Shown here: in pieces, positions 8,584 through 18,790 of the stretch
Position numbering within the stretch: the first letter of the stretch is position 1
Layout of the letters: the number at the start of each line of letters is the position of its first letter
IMG/VR virus record: IMGVR_UViG_2695420600_000017
Strand: one strand, 5' to 3'
DNA: 37,554 bases
Origin: a virus
Taxonomy: Duplodnaviria > Heunggongvirae > Uroviricota > Caudoviricetes
Notes under the pieces: generated by a model
What the model was told of the DNA's origin: nothing
What the model saw: the letters and a program-made list of their open reading frames with translations, nothing else
The model's database searches: none
Translations under genes and position numbers: made by a program

Positions 8584-9190
8584 TCTCCGGCGCTCCTGTC
8601 TTACTGCCTTTGCCGTTATCCTGATGCACATGGCCGGAATAGGTGATCCCGGCAATAACGGCATCAGACATCGTGAACAGCCCGTCTGATTTACCTGTAC
8701 CATCAAGCACGAAATTACCCTTAACATGCAGGTTTTTATCCACCGTCACATTGCCCGTAAAGGTGGCCTCCGGCGTATCCACCCGCATCCCCTCATCGGC
8801 GTAAATCTCCAGCATTTTGCATGTCACAATAATGCGACCATCCTTTGTTAACCGTATCCGGTGCCCCTCATGGTGATACACCCCCGTATCTCCGGCTGTG
8901 AGTCCGGTCGGGCGGCTGCGCCGGTCTTCCACCACAAGCACCACAGTCTGATCCCGCTGTCCGCCCAGACAGGCAAAAAAGGTTTCCGCACCCGGCAGGG
9001 GAACGCTGATCTGCCCGTACTGCTGGGGACGCTCCACATCATCAAAGGTTTCGCCGTCCATGCCGGTGAGCTGCACATTCTGCATTTTCAGTTCGTCATG
9101 TGTGCCGGTCAGAACGCCCCGGCCAAACAACAGGCGAATACCGCGCGTTACCGGGGCAATCAGGCGGCTGAACACTTCATCATTCATCAA
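8576..9190 (-). CDS. Baseplate assembly/spike protein (Mu gp45/Q-like)
   Basis: 204 aa; position and size as Mu gp45. Confidence 0.7.
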   Translation of the reverse strand: MMNDEVFSRLIAPVTRGIRLLFGRGVLTGTHDELKMQNVQLTGMDGETFDDVERPQQYGQISVPLPGAETFFACLGGQRDQTVVLVVEDRRSRPTGLTAGDTGVYHHEGHRIRLTKDGRIIVTCKMLEIYADEGMRVDTPEATFTGNVTVDKNLHVKGNFVLDGTGKSDGLFTMSDAVIAGITYSGHVHQDNGKGSKTGAPENG

Positions 9191-10304
9191 AGCTGATCCC
9201 CTGTTTTTTCATCTGCTGGCGAATAAAGGCATCAACATCGTCACCGGAACCACCCCGGCCCTTACTGTCCGGCTCTGCCGGAACGATAAAGCCGTCACGC
9301 GGTGCCAGTACCAGCCGGGTGACTTCCCCGTTATGTTCATCAAGTAAAAACTCTACCTGACAGACCAGCAGTTCAGTCTGTTCTATACCGAAACGCAGGG
9401 CTGAAACACCGGTCAGCAGATTGACATCCCATAACCGGCCATCATCCCGGAACCAGCCACGCACGGTGGCAGAAAACCGTTCTGAACGGGCAATCGCACG
9501 GCGCATTTCACGCAGGGCACGCTGCCGTGCACCGGTGGTGTCTGTCTGTTGATCGGCGAGGATGATTTTCGGCCGGTAGCGGCCGATCTGCTCATCACTG
9601 ATGACGCCCACAGGTGCTGCCAGACGGGCGGCGGATTCGCTGTCTCCCCGTTTGCCACCACCGCGCCCGTGTCCCCGGACACGGTATTCGCTGTATCGTC
9701 CTCGCCAGTCCGTGTTGTAATCGGCATCAAGCAGGTTATCTCCCAGCACCAGTCTGTCCGTCTGCTGGCTTCCTGCCTGGGTGAACACCAGATCGCCGTC
9801 AGCATTACTGGTCACCAGCACCCCGCGATGCCGGGCAGCACGGGTCAGCGCATCCGCCACGGTTTCTGAGTTTTCCAGCGTAAAAGAGCTGAAGGGGCGT
9901 GCAGCCGTGTCGTCGTTAACCTGCCAGCGCACGGCTATCCCGAAGGGCGCACATAAATCTGCGGCAATCTGTGCCAGCGTCCGGTTGCGCCACTGGCTGC
10001 CGGGATGGATGGCGGCACAGTCCACCAGGTCGCCGGTTTTATCCCGACCGCTGATGCTGATCTGATGACGGGTTGCACTGATCCGCTGACTGACCTGATC
10101 CAGCCAGCCACTGATGACCGTCTGCCCGTTAATTCTGAGCGTCAGGGACTGACCGGTTCGCAGGGCTGAGGGGATGCGCTCACCGGGCAGCATCAGCCCC
10201 AGTTCAAACGACCCGGCCAGATGCTCCAGCGAGCGACGGACGCTGACCGTCAGCCAGCCGGAAAAAATACTGCCACCGATATACAGTTCAATCCTGCTGC
10301 TCAC
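9180..10304 (-). CDS. Baseplate hub/tail protein (Mu gp44/P-like)
   Basis: 374 aa; position and size as Mu gp44. Confidence 0.75.
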   Translation of the reverse strand: MSSRIELYIGGSIFSGWLTVSVRRSLEHLAGSFELGLMLPGERIPSALRTGQSLTLRINGQTVISGWLDQVSQRISATRHQISISGRDKTGDLVDCAAIHPGSQWRNRTLAQIAADLCAPFGIAVRWQVNDDTAARPFSSFTLENSETVADALTRAARHRGVLVTSNADGDLVFTQAGSQQTDRLVLGDNLLDADYNTDWRGRYSEYRVRGHGRGGGKRGDSESAARLAAPVGVISDEQIGRYRPKIILADQQTDTTGARQRALREMRRAIARSERFSATVRGWFRDDGRLWDVNLLTGVSALRFGIEQTELLVCQVEFLLDEHNGEVTRLVLAPRDGFIVPAEPDSKGRGGSGDDVDAFIRQQMKKQGISFDE

Positions 10305-11646
10305 TGATCACCTCCACGCTGCGGCCACCCGGAACAAAAACCGGATCGGGGATATTGTTTCTGCGGACAAAATACTGCCAGCGACTGCTGTTGCCGGTGG
10401 CACGGTACAGCGTGACCAGTGCCGGTTCGGTGGTGCGAACCATGACCTGAAAAGCACCGGGAAGATGCACGCTCCGTGTGGTTAAATCTTCTGTCAGCGC
10501 AAGCCCTGCATCACGTAATGCAAGGGCAGTCCCGGTATAGCCCTGTGCGGACAGATCCAGCACCTGTTGTTCCATGGCATCGCTCAAATCCCGGTTGATA
10601 CGCTGCACATCAGCAGAACTTTCCAGCCAGGCCAGTCCGCCCGAACGGTCAGTATCCTGAACGTGCGTCGTATTCTGCCGGATGACCTGATCCAGCAGTT
10701 TTCCGAGCGTCTGTGCCTGCGACACCAGGGTTGCACTCTGCATCACGCTCCGCAGCAGACGGATATTTTTCTGTGCCGCAGGCGTCAGGCCAATCAGGCG
10801 CTGTGGATCATCCTGTTCGCTGAGGGTGTAACGCAGAGAGGAAAGTGTGCGGTACAGCTGCGGCATGGCCTGCTCTGCTATGCTGTCACGGTTTGTGGTC
10901 AGGCTGCCGGACGGCGTTCCGGCTTTTCCGGTCAGAGACAGGGAAGGATCGTCGGGCAGCCCGGTCAGCACGGCAAACATTCCGGCCAGCGATTCAGCCA
11001 TGCGACGGGGCGCATTAATCAGGGCGGCGGCATTGCCTTTCAGGGCAGTAAAACTGGCCGTAAAGGCACTGATATCCTGCACAATCCCCATCCCCGAAAC
11101 GGCATTCTCCAGTGCATCAATCTTATCGCTGATGGTGTCGGTCATGGCCTGTACATCATGCAGACCGTCTGAAATCACCGTCCAGCCGTCTGAAAGCGTG
11201 TTAAACAGCTGATTCATTGCTGAGCCGCTTTTCTGCTCCAGCGCAGCTGCCGTATCTTCTGCCACCGCAGGGGCGGTATCGTCACTGGCGGGGATCACGT
11301 TGATCGTGAACTCAACCGTTCCCTGCTCGCTGGCGTTATAACGGCTTTCAAAGCTGTTTATCAGCACGTTTAACGTGCCGTAATCCGGGTGCATCAGTTC
11401 ACCGGCACCGGGTGCACGCAGCGCATCACGCAGGCGGCTTCGCTGTGTCTGAAGATCGTCTCCGGTCACCAGAACCGTGAATGTGAACTCCGGGAGTTTT
11501 GGCCCCAGATCATCCGCACCGCCGCTTTCACGCAGTGGGTATTCACGGCGCACAATGTTACGTCCGCCCCGTTCCCGCTGCTCCTGATAAACCAGGAACG
11601 GTACGCCACGAAAGGAGCCACGCCCCGGCGTGTCAGTAGAGGCCAT
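10288..11646 (-). CDS. DNA circularisation protein N-like (Mu gp43)
   Basis: 452 aa immediately after the tape measure gene, as in Mu. Confidence 0.7.
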   Translation of the reverse strand: MASTDTPGRGSFRGVPFLVYQEQRERGGRNIVRREYPLRESGGADDLGPKLPEFTFTVLVTGDDLQTQRSRLRDALRAPGAGELMHPDYGTLNVLINSFESRYNASEQGTVEFTINVIPASDDTAPAVAEDTAAALEQKSGSAMNQLFNTLSDGWTVISDGLHDVQAMTDTISDKIDALENAVSGMGIVQDISAFTASFTALKGNAAALINAPRRMAESLAGMFAVLTGLPDDPSLSLTGKAGTPSGSLTTNRDSIAEQAMPQLYRTLSSLRYTLSEQDDPQRLIGLTPAAQKNIRLLRSVMQSATLVSQAQTLGKLLDQVIRQNTTHVQDTDRSGGLAWLESSADVQRINRDLSDAMEQQVLDLSAQGYTGTALALRDAGLALTEDLTTRSVHLPGAFQVMVRTTEPALVTLYRATGNSSRWQYFVRRNNIPDPVFVPGGRSVEVISEQQD

Positions 11647-13690
11647 AGTTCCCTCCGTTCCAGACGTTCACATCCAGGCCATGCTGTGCGGTATCATCCA
11701 CATCAATACTGCGCGCCCGCCAGCCTTCAGGGGCCACAAGCTCCACCCGTGCGGCGGTTTTCGCGGTGGCCTGTCCGCCGTTTTCGTCACTGCCGCCACG
11801 CAGTTTCTGCCAGGCCTGCGTCAGCCAGCCCCCCAGATAATCACCGAGATAGCTGCCCACCGTGGAACCAATGGCAACCCCGACCGGACCAGCAGCCGCC
11901 CCCAGCGCGCCACCGGCGATACTTCCGGCAAGGGAACCCACGGCACCGGCTTTATCGGCTGCACTGGCGCTGCTGTCCAGCAGTACAGGAGCCGCCATGG
12001 CACCGGCCCACAGGGCACCACCACCCAGCCGACCGGCACCACGGAACAGCCCGGCAAAACGCCCCAGCCCCATGCGGTTTCCGGCCGCCGTTAGCAGACC
12101 ACCGGCACGGCTCATCATACGACCGAAGAAGCCCTGTTTACCGGCACTCTCCGCCAGTTGCTCACCGGCAGTCACGACGGTCGTGACACCCCGTCCACGT
12201 CCGGGGCCGCGTTTTTTACGGCCGCGCACGGTTTTGCCGTCACCGCTGACCACCACATCCCCGCCACCTGAGGCCAGGCCACCCGCAGGCCAGTTGGTGA
12301 CCAGCACGGGCTGAACGGCAGCCGGATTTACCCCGGTAAGGAAATTCAGGAACCGGCCAGCGCGTCCGGGCTGCGTTCCCGGTACAGTGGTCTGCGGTTT
12401 GCGGAAGGGCGACGTCAGCACGGAGGTCATCGCCATGCCATAGCGTAAGGGGGTTGCGCCAAGACGTAATGCCCCCGTCCCCGCAAACCTGAGCACCTTC
12501 AGCGCACGGGAGGCGAGATACATATACATCAGGTACTTTGCGGCGGTCTGCGCACCCTGACCAATGCGATCCAGCGCATCGCCATAACCGGCGTCGCGCA
12601 GTGCCTGAAGCGTTTCCCTGACTTTCTGAATGACCCGGTAAAAGCCGGTCGCAGCGTCTCTGGCATACTCAAATCCCTGATTCAGAGCTGAGGCCGTCTG
12701 TGTGGCCAGCTTATCCTGTAAGCCGCTTTTCTGTGCCGCATCGGCATAATCCAGGAAGCCTTTCAGGCTCTTTTTCAGGCTGTCAAACGGTCCCTTTGCC
12801 ATCACCTCGCGGGCAAATCCGTCCCAGACGTCGCCCATCATGGACGTCATTCCCGTCCAGGAATTCATGGCGTTTTTCTGGGCACCTTTTGCCTGTTCGG
12901 CCATCACCTGAAATAACAGGCGAATGCTGTCCGGCCCCAGTTTTCCTTTTTCGCCTTTCTCACGGATGATCTTCTGGTTTACGCCCAGCTTATCGGCCAG
13001 TAACTGGTAAACGTTAATCCCGTATCCGGTCAGAATATTGGCGTCCGCTGCCTGGATACTCTGGCGGGCAAACATCTGTTTGAGTTGCAGGGACGCACCC
13101 TGTGCATCTGACAGTGACCAGCCGTGATAGCCGCCCTGATCCTGAAGCATGGTAATAAAGCGACGGGCTTCCCTGTCACTCATGCCAAACCCGCGACTGG
13201 AGGCGTATTCCTGCATAACCCCCGCCAGCCCCCAGGTGGTGTCTTTGGCGTTCTGTACTGCCCAGGCTTTCACTGCTTCCGTTTTTGCCGTATCGCCATG
13301 ATTAATGGCGTTGAGACGCAGAATATAGTTCTCCATCTCTGCGGCCGGGCGGATAAAGGCTTTATTAAAACCGTAGACCGCAGCCCCTCCCGCCAGCATC
13401 CCGTAAAGGTTGCTTATCCGCCCGATGGTGCCGGTAATGCTGCCCTGCAGGCGGTCAAAATCTGACGTTACCGTGCGGATGCTGCCACGAACACCGGCAA
13501 GCGTTCGCTGCATACGGGAGCCGACAAGTTCTGTTTCCTGACCGGCCCGGCGGGCTGCATTTCCAAGACCACCCAGGCCTGTCCTGCCGGAACGGGAGAA
13601 CGCCCCCAGCTCCTGTGACCACTGGCGGGATTTGGCGGAAATATTGCCGAGTAAATCGACAATCAGGGAGGCTTTCAGGTTTTTTGCCAT
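11633..13690 (-). CDS. Tail tape measure protein (Mu gp42-like)
   Basis: 685 aa with Gly/Ala-rich repetitive C-terminal half; position between chaperone-like gp41 and N. Confidence 0.85.
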   Translation of the reverse strand: MAKNLKASLIVDLLGNISAKSRQWSQELGAFSRSGRTGLGGLGNAARRAGQETELVGSRMQRTLAGVRGSIRTVTSDFDRLQGSITGTIGRISNLYGMLAGGAAVYGFNKAFIRPAAEMENYILRLNAINHGDTAKTEAVKAWAVQNAKDTTWGLAGVMQEYASSRGFGMSDREARRFITMLQDQGGYHGWSLSDAQGASLQLKQMFARQSIQAADANILTGYGINVYQLLADKLGVNQKIIREKGEKGKLGPDSIRLLFQVMAEQAKGAQKNAMNSWTGMTSMMGDVWDGFAREVMAKGPFDSLKKSLKGFLDYADAAQKSGLQDKLATQTASALNQGFEYARDAATGFYRVIQKVRETLQALRDAGYGDALDRIGQGAQTAAKYLMYMYLASRALKVLRFAGTGALRLGATPLRYGMAMTSVLTSPFRKPQTTVPGTQPGRAGRFLNFLTGVNPAAVQPVLVTNWPAGGLASGGGDVVVSGDGKTVRGRKKRGPGRGRGVTTVVTAGEQLAESAGKQGFFGRMMSRAGGLLTAAGNRMGLGRFAGLFRGAGRLGGGALWAGAMAAPVLLDSSASAADKAGAVGSLAGSIAGGALGAAAGPVGVAIGSTVGSYLGDYLGGWLTQAWQKLRGGSDENGGQATAKTAARVELVAPEGWRARSIDVDDTAQHGLDVNVWNGGNYGLY

Positions 13691-13693
13691 GGG

Positions 13694-13888
13694 TTACTGC
13701 TTCGTTCTGAGAATTTTTTCGGTCTGTCGGCAGTGCCGGTAAAGCTGCGATAAAGGGAGGTTAAGCGCCCACTCCGGGCCGCTTTTTGTCACCATCCCCA
13801 GCACAATTGCGGCTTCTTCAATCTGATCCCGGCACTGCATCTGGTCGCCCCCGTTCAGCGACCAGCTTTCCTGCCATCGCGGAATCAA
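13694..13888 (-). CDS. Small ORF (64 aa) overlapping the 3' end of the gp41-like gene
   Basis: Fills the gap between the gp41-like gene and the tape measure gene; could be a separate small gene. Coding status uncertain. Confidence 0.3.
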   Translation of the reverse strand: MIPRWQESWSLNGGDQMQCRDQIEEAAIVLGMVTKSGPEWALNLPLSQLYRHCRQTEKILRTKQ

Positions 13889-14297
13889 GCAGGCTTACCG
13901 CCGCCATCAGACGGGAGAGATCGCGCTCGCTGAGCTGTCCGATCTGACGCGGAGACAATGGCCCCTCAATCTGGCCAACAGCGGCAATCTGACGGCGCAG
14001 CAGTGCAATGCCGCGCAGTGCCGGCGAGGCTATCAGAACCGGGCCGCCATTTCGGGTTTCCATAAGACGCTCGGCCTCGGTTTCCGCGTCAATGCTGTCT
14101 TTCGCCGTCAGTTCGCGGAAGGTGACGCGGTATTCACGGGATTCCCCGAACGGCAGACCGTCGAGCAGATCCACATAGCCGTTCGCCAGCTGTTCAGCCA
14201 GCCCGGCGGTGCGGGGATCGCCGTCTTCAAGTGCATCCCGGATAGCCTCCATCACGGCCTCGTCAGAAACCGCCGTTTTTTTCTTACGTGTGGTCAT
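13818..14297 (-). CDS. Tail assembly protein (Mu gp41-like)
   Basis: 159 aa between the tail tube and tape measure genes. Confidence 0.6.
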   Translation of the reverse strand: MTTRKKKTAVSDEAVMEAIRDALEDGDPRTAGLAEQLANGYVDLLDGLPFGESREYRVTFRELTAKDSIDAETEAERLMETRNGGPVLIASPALRGIALLRRQIAAVGQIEGPLSPRQIGQLSERDLSRLMAAVSLLDSAMAGKLVAERGRPDAVPGSD

Positions 14298-14311
14298 TGC
14301 ATTTTTCCTGA

Positions 14312-14677
14312 TTACTGGACACGGGTACTGGTGGCGCTGGCGAACTTCGCGGAGATATCACCGCCACCGTCAAGCGAGGCCGGTTCACTGCTCCAGGCCT
14401 TCGTCATCATATGGACTTCACCGGTATCGGCCACGAACTCAATCGTGACCGCAGTCCAGGTGTTGATTTCATCGGCAGCCGGTGAACCTTCTCCGCCAGC
14501 CGGAAATTTACAGTCCAGCGTCGCCTCACGGGGTTTCTCACGATAGCCATAGACTTTCGCGCCTTTCACCACTTCACGCTCAAAGCCGGACGGGGAGAAC
14601 GTGGCTCCCTCAAGGGTGGCGTACTCCTGTCCGTTCACACGGATGGTGGCCGTGCCCTGATGCTGTTTTCCGCTCAT
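14312..14677 (-). CDS. Tail tube protein (Mu gp40/M-like)
   Basis: 121 aa directly downstream of the sheath gene. Confidence 0.75.
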   Translation of the reverse strand: MSGKQHQGTATIRVNGQEYATLEGATFSPSGFEREVVKGAKVYGYREKPREATLDCKFPAGGEGSPAADEINTWTAVTIEFVADTGEVHMMTKAWSSEPASLDGGGDISAKFASATSTRVQ

Positions 14678-14685
14678 GCCTTACC

Positions 14686-16188
14686 TCACAAAATGAAACG
14701 GATCTGCGCGGCCATGAAGCGGAACTGGTTAACCAGATCCGGTGTACACATCACATCCAGACGGTTACGGTCTTTTGTGTTGCGCTCCACGAGCAGATTC
14801 TTTTTAAAGGTGTCCAGATTTTCGACCAGCCCGAGTTCCACCCATTCTTCCCCCAGTGCAATCAGCTGGAGCGTCATAATCTCCGGCGTCACGATATTCT
14901 GACCGGGCCGGACGGGAGTACCGTTATCGGCCAGTTTGTGGCGCGGGAAACGCTGCGTGATAAAGGTGCGCAGGGAATAACGCAGATATGACAGGGTGTA
15001 GATGGTTTCTACATCCAGATAGCTGGGATCGCTTTCGCCGTATGCATTCTGACGGTACATCGTCACCTGACGTTCAATCTGCACCACATCAGCGGCCGCA
15101 ACGGTCACCGTGGACATGCCGGTATAAAGCAGGCTGTTTCGCTCTTCCCGCGTCAGACGATCCGGTGCTTCAGGTGCCATACGGGCAGGCAGCGCCAGTG
15201 TCTGTAATGGTCGGGCCGGATCCGTTGACAGGGAGGGCGCACAGACCGCACAAATGGAGGCAGCCCAGACATAATCCGGCTCTGGTGCTTTAGGAATAGA
15301 AGTGCAGGTAAACAGGAAGTCATTACGGGATTCACCAAAACTGGTTGCCGTACCGAAGGTGCCGGTATGCGCCATCCAGACCATACCGTCCGACATTTTT
15401 ACCGGTCCCCAGCGTTTCAGCAGTTCATCCGCCAGAATTTTGAGATTTGCCGCATCCTTATAGGGCATGACGATGTAGTTGTACTGACGATTCCCCATCC
15501 CTGAGACGCTACGGGTGATATCGGGGTTTGTTGCCTTCTGTGTTGGCGCGACGAGCTCCAGCGTAAGACCGGCCGGTGTAGTTTCACCGTCATAATAGTT
15601 CACCCGTAAATCATGAGCTGAGCATTCACCGATAAAGCGGGCGTTAACCCCCATGCTGCCTTTAAGTCCTTCAGCATTATCACCACTGACTTCAGCTGCG
15701 ATAGCAGTGAATGGCGCATCAGTGTCAGCGTTAATGACCTTAGCCAGCTCTTCCACAAGCTCTTTACCTTTTTTCCCCTTACTGACGGGCAGGAGGTAAC
15801 GGCGACCGCCGATGTAAACACTTAACACCCCGTCTGCCAATGCTGTTCCAATGATATTCATCACGCATGCCCTGGACTGACCTGTTCCAGCCCCCTGTGC
15901 AATGGCATATAACTCTGTGTCAGGGTTAATGGCGATAAATTCCTCTACCATCAGTGCAATCATGGAACCTCGCCCCCAGAGTTCTCTTGCTTGTGAAGCT
16001 CGGGTAATACGTACTGGTACATCAAGCTGACCGCGCCCCTGAATGGTGGTGTCTTTCATTGCAGCCTGACCAAACAACAGTACCGCCTGACGCTGTGGTG
16101 GAGTGCCGGTCACGGCCATTGAATTATTGATTTCAATCTGTACCAGCGGAATGCGATTGTTATCGCCGATATAATCAAAGTTAATCAT
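14686..16188 (-). CDS. Contractile tail sheath protein (Mu gp39/L-like)
   Basis: 500 aa; size and position as the Mu sheath protein. Confidence 0.85.
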   Translation of the reverse strand: MINFDYIGDNNRIPLVQIEINNSMAVTGTPPQRQAVLLFGQAAMKDTTIQGRGQLDVPVRITRASQARELWGRGSMIALMVEEFIAINPDTELYAIAQGAGTGQSRACVMNIIGTALADGVLSVYIGGRRYLLPVSKGKKGKELVEELAKVINADTDAPFTAIAAEVSGDNAEGLKGSMGVNARFIGECSAHDLRVNYYDGETTPAGLTLELVAPTQKATNPDITRSVSGMGNRQYNYIVMPYKDAANLKILADELLKRWGPVKMSDGMVWMAHTGTFGTATSFGESRNDFLFTCTSIPKAPEPDYVWAASICAVCAPSLSTDPARPLQTLALPARMAPEAPDRLTREERNSLLYTGMSTVTVAAADVVQIERQVTMYRQNAYGESDPSYLDVETIYTLSYLRYSLRTFITQRFPRHKLADNGTPVRPGQNIVTPEIMTLQLIALGEEWVELGLVENLDTFKKNLLVERNTKDRNRLDVMCTPDLVNQFRFMAAQIRFIL

Positions 16189-16466
16189 CAGGACGTCCCC
16201 TTATCTGATGCTGCGGTTTTTTCAGCCACCGCCGCAGTTTTTTCTGCTGCCGCTCCCGCTGGTTTTGCCGCCGCGCCGGTATTACCTGTTGTGGCAGCCG
16301 GGGCAGGCTCCTCCGTTTTATCCACCACAATGACGTCACCATCATTAAGACGGCGGCACCAGAACGGAGTGAAGGGTTTCTCTTCACCGTCCTGTGAGAG
16401 CGGAGTCATCGTGTCGGGATCGCGAATCAGGCATCCCGGCGCAGGTTTAATAAAAATGGTTGTCAT
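16188..16466 (-). CDS. Small tail/head-completion protein (Mu gp38-like), Ala/Pro/Lys-rich C-terminus
   Basis: 92 aa ORF coupled to the sheath gene start. Confidence 0.55.
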   Translation of the reverse strand: MTTIFIKPAPGCLIRDPDTMTPLSQDGEEKPFTPFWCRRLNDGDVIVVDKTEEPAPAATTGNTGAAAKPAGAAAEKTAAVAEKTAASDKGTS

Positions 16467-16469
16467 CTG

Positions 16470-17033
16470 TTATTCCTCTGACGGTCCGGCGTTTTCACCG
16501 GCGGCAGTTGCACCAGGCAGACGGATGTGTGCCTTAAACTCCGGCGTGCCTTCCGGTTCGGTAAAGGTTTCGTAATGGCGCAGGAAATCATCCAGCGAGC
16601 TGATATCCGTCAGCGGGTCGATCATTTCCTCGCATGAGAAATACAGGGCGTACATCACGGCACCGCTGCCTGCCTGCGTTTCGGTGTAACCGTTGACCGC
16701 CTTTTCAAAGTAAAGCGGTGAGGTTTTTTCTGCTCTGAAGCCGTCCAGCAAGGTAATCAGGCGGGCCACAATCTGATAAAGCCCGGGACGGCTGACCTCA
16801 CGGCCATTGAGCATGTCGCCGATGACGTAGAACACCCAGTGACTGACCAGACGCCCACGGGTACGCCCTTCACCGGCACCCAGCCAGGCAACATAGATAG
16901 CCGGGGCGTTAATCAGCATGGTACGCAGTACGCTGTCGCTCCAGTCGCCGGGATGTGTGTCAACAGACACCAGTTCATTCCCGAAATACTCACGGATACG
17001 GGCGATGTACGCTTGCTCGGTTTCCGTAATCAT
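16470..17033 (-). CDS. Head-tail joining/tail completion protein (Mu gp37-like)
   Basis: 187 aa; position as Mu gp37. Confidence 0.6.
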   Translation of the reverse strand: MITETEQAYIARIREYFGNELVSVDTHPGDWSDSVLRTMLINAPAIYVAWLGAGEGRTRGRLVSHWVFYVIGDMLNGREVSRPGLYQIVARLITLLDGFRAEKTSPLYFEKAVNGYTETQAGSGAVMYALYFSCEEMIDPLTDISSLDDFLRHYETFTEPEGTPEFKAHIRLPGATAAGENAGPSEE

Positions 17034-17449
17034 ATAAAGCCCTTCTGGTTGCGCCCGAACACCGCCGCATCAGACTGCACCTGCGGTAAATCCCCGGATT
17101 CAGGGGCCGCACCGTCTGTATCCACGCCGACCGGCACGTTACCGTTCATGACATCTTTCAGCCAGGCCAGCGCCTCACGGTAACGGTCACGCGCCTGATC
17201 GGATGCCCGCTGATCGCACAGGTAATAAAAGGCAATCGTGCAGCAATGCTGAACAAGGACCGCCGGAACCACCGCCAGCGGCAGCGTGTAACGGGCAGAC
17301 AGGTAACTGTCGATAAGGGCAGACGCGTCCGTCAGTGCCCGGTTCAGCTTGCGTGTGTCCGGCTCATCCGAACGGGGCACGGCCAGTAATGGCCTGAGCA
17401 AATCCTCGCGGTAACGTGCCCGCATATCGGTTTCGGTGGCGTAATTCAT
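17030..17449 (-). CDS. Head-tail connector protein (Mu gp36-like)
   Basis: 139 aa; position as Mu gp36. Confidence 0.6.
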   Translation of the reverse strand: MNYATETDMRARYREDLLRPLLAVPRSDEPDTRKLNRALTDASALIDSYLSARYTLPLAVVPAVLVQHCCTIAFYYLCDQRASDQARDRYREALAWLKDVMNGNVPVGVDTDGAAPESGDLPQVQSDAAVFGRNQKGFI

Positions 17450-17799
17450 GCGCGAGCCTTTTTCGCCTGTCTGGCGTTATTGCCGGTCTTTTTCCGGGGA
17501 GCATCCTGTCCGGCTTCGGCTAAATCTGCACCGGTCTCTGCATGAACCACACCCGCCACGGCTCCCGCATCATCACCAGGCGTCTGTAGTATTCGTACAG
17601 TGAGGCATGGCTCCGCTTCCAGTCGGGCAAGCTGCTCCGGGGTGACGTCAACCTGCTGGCGTCCCCGCATGAACAGGAACCCCGCACGACGAAACTGCGC
17701 ACGACTGCAACGCACTTCTGCCAGTACCGTGACAGGACTGTCACCACTGACCTGAAGGCCTGAATCATCTGTTGCTGCCACAGTGTGATGTTCATTCAT
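17446..17799 (-). CDS. Hypothetical head protein (Mu gp35-like)
   Basis: 117 aa ORF between the major capsid gene and the gp36-like gene. Confidence 0.5.
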   Translation of the reverse strand: MNEHHTVAATDDSGLQVSGDSPVTVLAEVRCSRAQFRRAGFLFMRGRQQVDVTPEQLARLEAEPCLTVRILQTPGDDAGAVAGVVHAETGADLAEAGQDAPRKKTGNNARQAKKARA

Positions 17800-17842
17800 A
17801 TTTGCCCTCCGCAGGGGCCGGGCCGTAAGCCCGGCTCACCGT

Positions 17843-18790
17843 TTACAGATAATCCGCGACAACCAGCTCCAGCTTGCCCTTCATCTCGTTAGAGACGGTG
17901 GTGTTACCGTCCGCGAACAGCTCGCGCTCCAGCAGCTGCACCGCCTGTTTTTCCAGCGAGGTGGGGACAACAATATGGGTGGGTTTGATGCCGAGTTTGC
18001 GGCCACCGTCAGCCTTAAAGTCACGCATGGCTGACCAGCCGTGCCACAGCGCATCCAGCGTCAGCGGTGACTGCATCATGTAGGCCATCTGCCAGAAGCC
18101 GTAGCCCACATTGCGACGGGCGGAAGCACCGAACACAAACTCGTTATCAGTAAACGCACGGCCTTCATCGACTTTTGTCTGGGCAACCAGTTCGGCCTTG
18201 CGGCGATCCTGATAAATCAGCGGTTTTACCGCGCGGGAGCAGTCAAGCAGATACCAGGCCGGGCCGCTGTAATCCGCCTGTGCACCGACAGAGCCGGTTT
18301 TTGCCACAAACATATTGCTGACCATCTGTGCATCACCGGAGCCATCCACTTTGGGGTAAACAGGGTGTTCGGTATCAAAGAAGTTCTGGCCGTCATAGCA
18401 GGCCGCATTCAGACCATCACGCAGTGCAGCAAAGACCAGTTCATCCGGTTGTGCCGCCGCAGCGCGCCCCATCTCCTGGAACAACGGGGAGTAGATGCCA
18501 AGATTGTCGTCTTCAAAGTCATCGCGGCTAATGGCAACGGTGCCTTCAAAGGTTTTGTTCACGATGGCGTAGCCATAGGCTTTCATCTTCTCGATGACGC
18601 GGGAGCCGATCCACTCACGGAACTGCGGGAACTGCCCCAGCCAGCCGTAGGTGTTGGATTTCGACGTGGACGGTACGGTCATCGCAATTTTCTGGTACTG
18701 AGACGGAGCCATGGACATCCCGGCCTGAAAATCAGAACGGTAGCCCGTCATCAGGGCGGTGATCATCGCCGGTGTGATCGGGGTAGGCAT
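17843..18790 (-). CDS. Major capsid protein (Mu T/gp34-like)
   Basis: 315 aa immediately downstream of the protease/scaffold gene, as in Mu. Confidence 0.85.
   Translation of the reverse strand: MPTPITPAMITALMTGYRSDFQAGMSMAPSQYQKIAMTVPSTSKSNTYGWLGQFPQFREWIGSRVIEKMKAYGYAIVNKTFEGTVAISRDDFEDDNLGIYSPLFQEMGRAAAAQPDELVFAALRDGLNAACYDGQNFFDTEHPVYPKVDGSGDAQMVSNMFVAKTGSVGAQADYSGPAWYLLDCSRAVKPLIYQDRRKAELVAQTKVDEGRAFTDNEFVFGASARRNVGYGFWQMAYMMQSPLTLDALWHGWSAMRDFKADGGRKLGIKPTHIVVPTSLEKQAVQLLERELFADGNTTVSNEMKGKLELVVADYL

Noticed and set aside
8584-8727. N-terminal extension of the gp46-like ORF overlapping the gp45-like gene
   Set aside because: An internal ATG at 8581-8583 gives a 145-aa protein that abuts the upstream stop, matching Mu gp46 size.
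11389-12314. Long Pro/Arg/Ala-rich plus-strand ORFs (265 aa, 154 aa, 150 aa)
   Set aside because: They lie antisense to the tape measure gene in a high-GC repetitive segment; their composition is typical of antisense frames, and the minus-strand gene fits Mu gene order.
13694-14297. Programmed frameshift joining the gp41-like gene to the 64-aa ORF
   Set aside because: The downstream ORF is in the +1 frame, not -1, relative to the upstream gene, and no canonical slippery heptamer is visible at the overlap.
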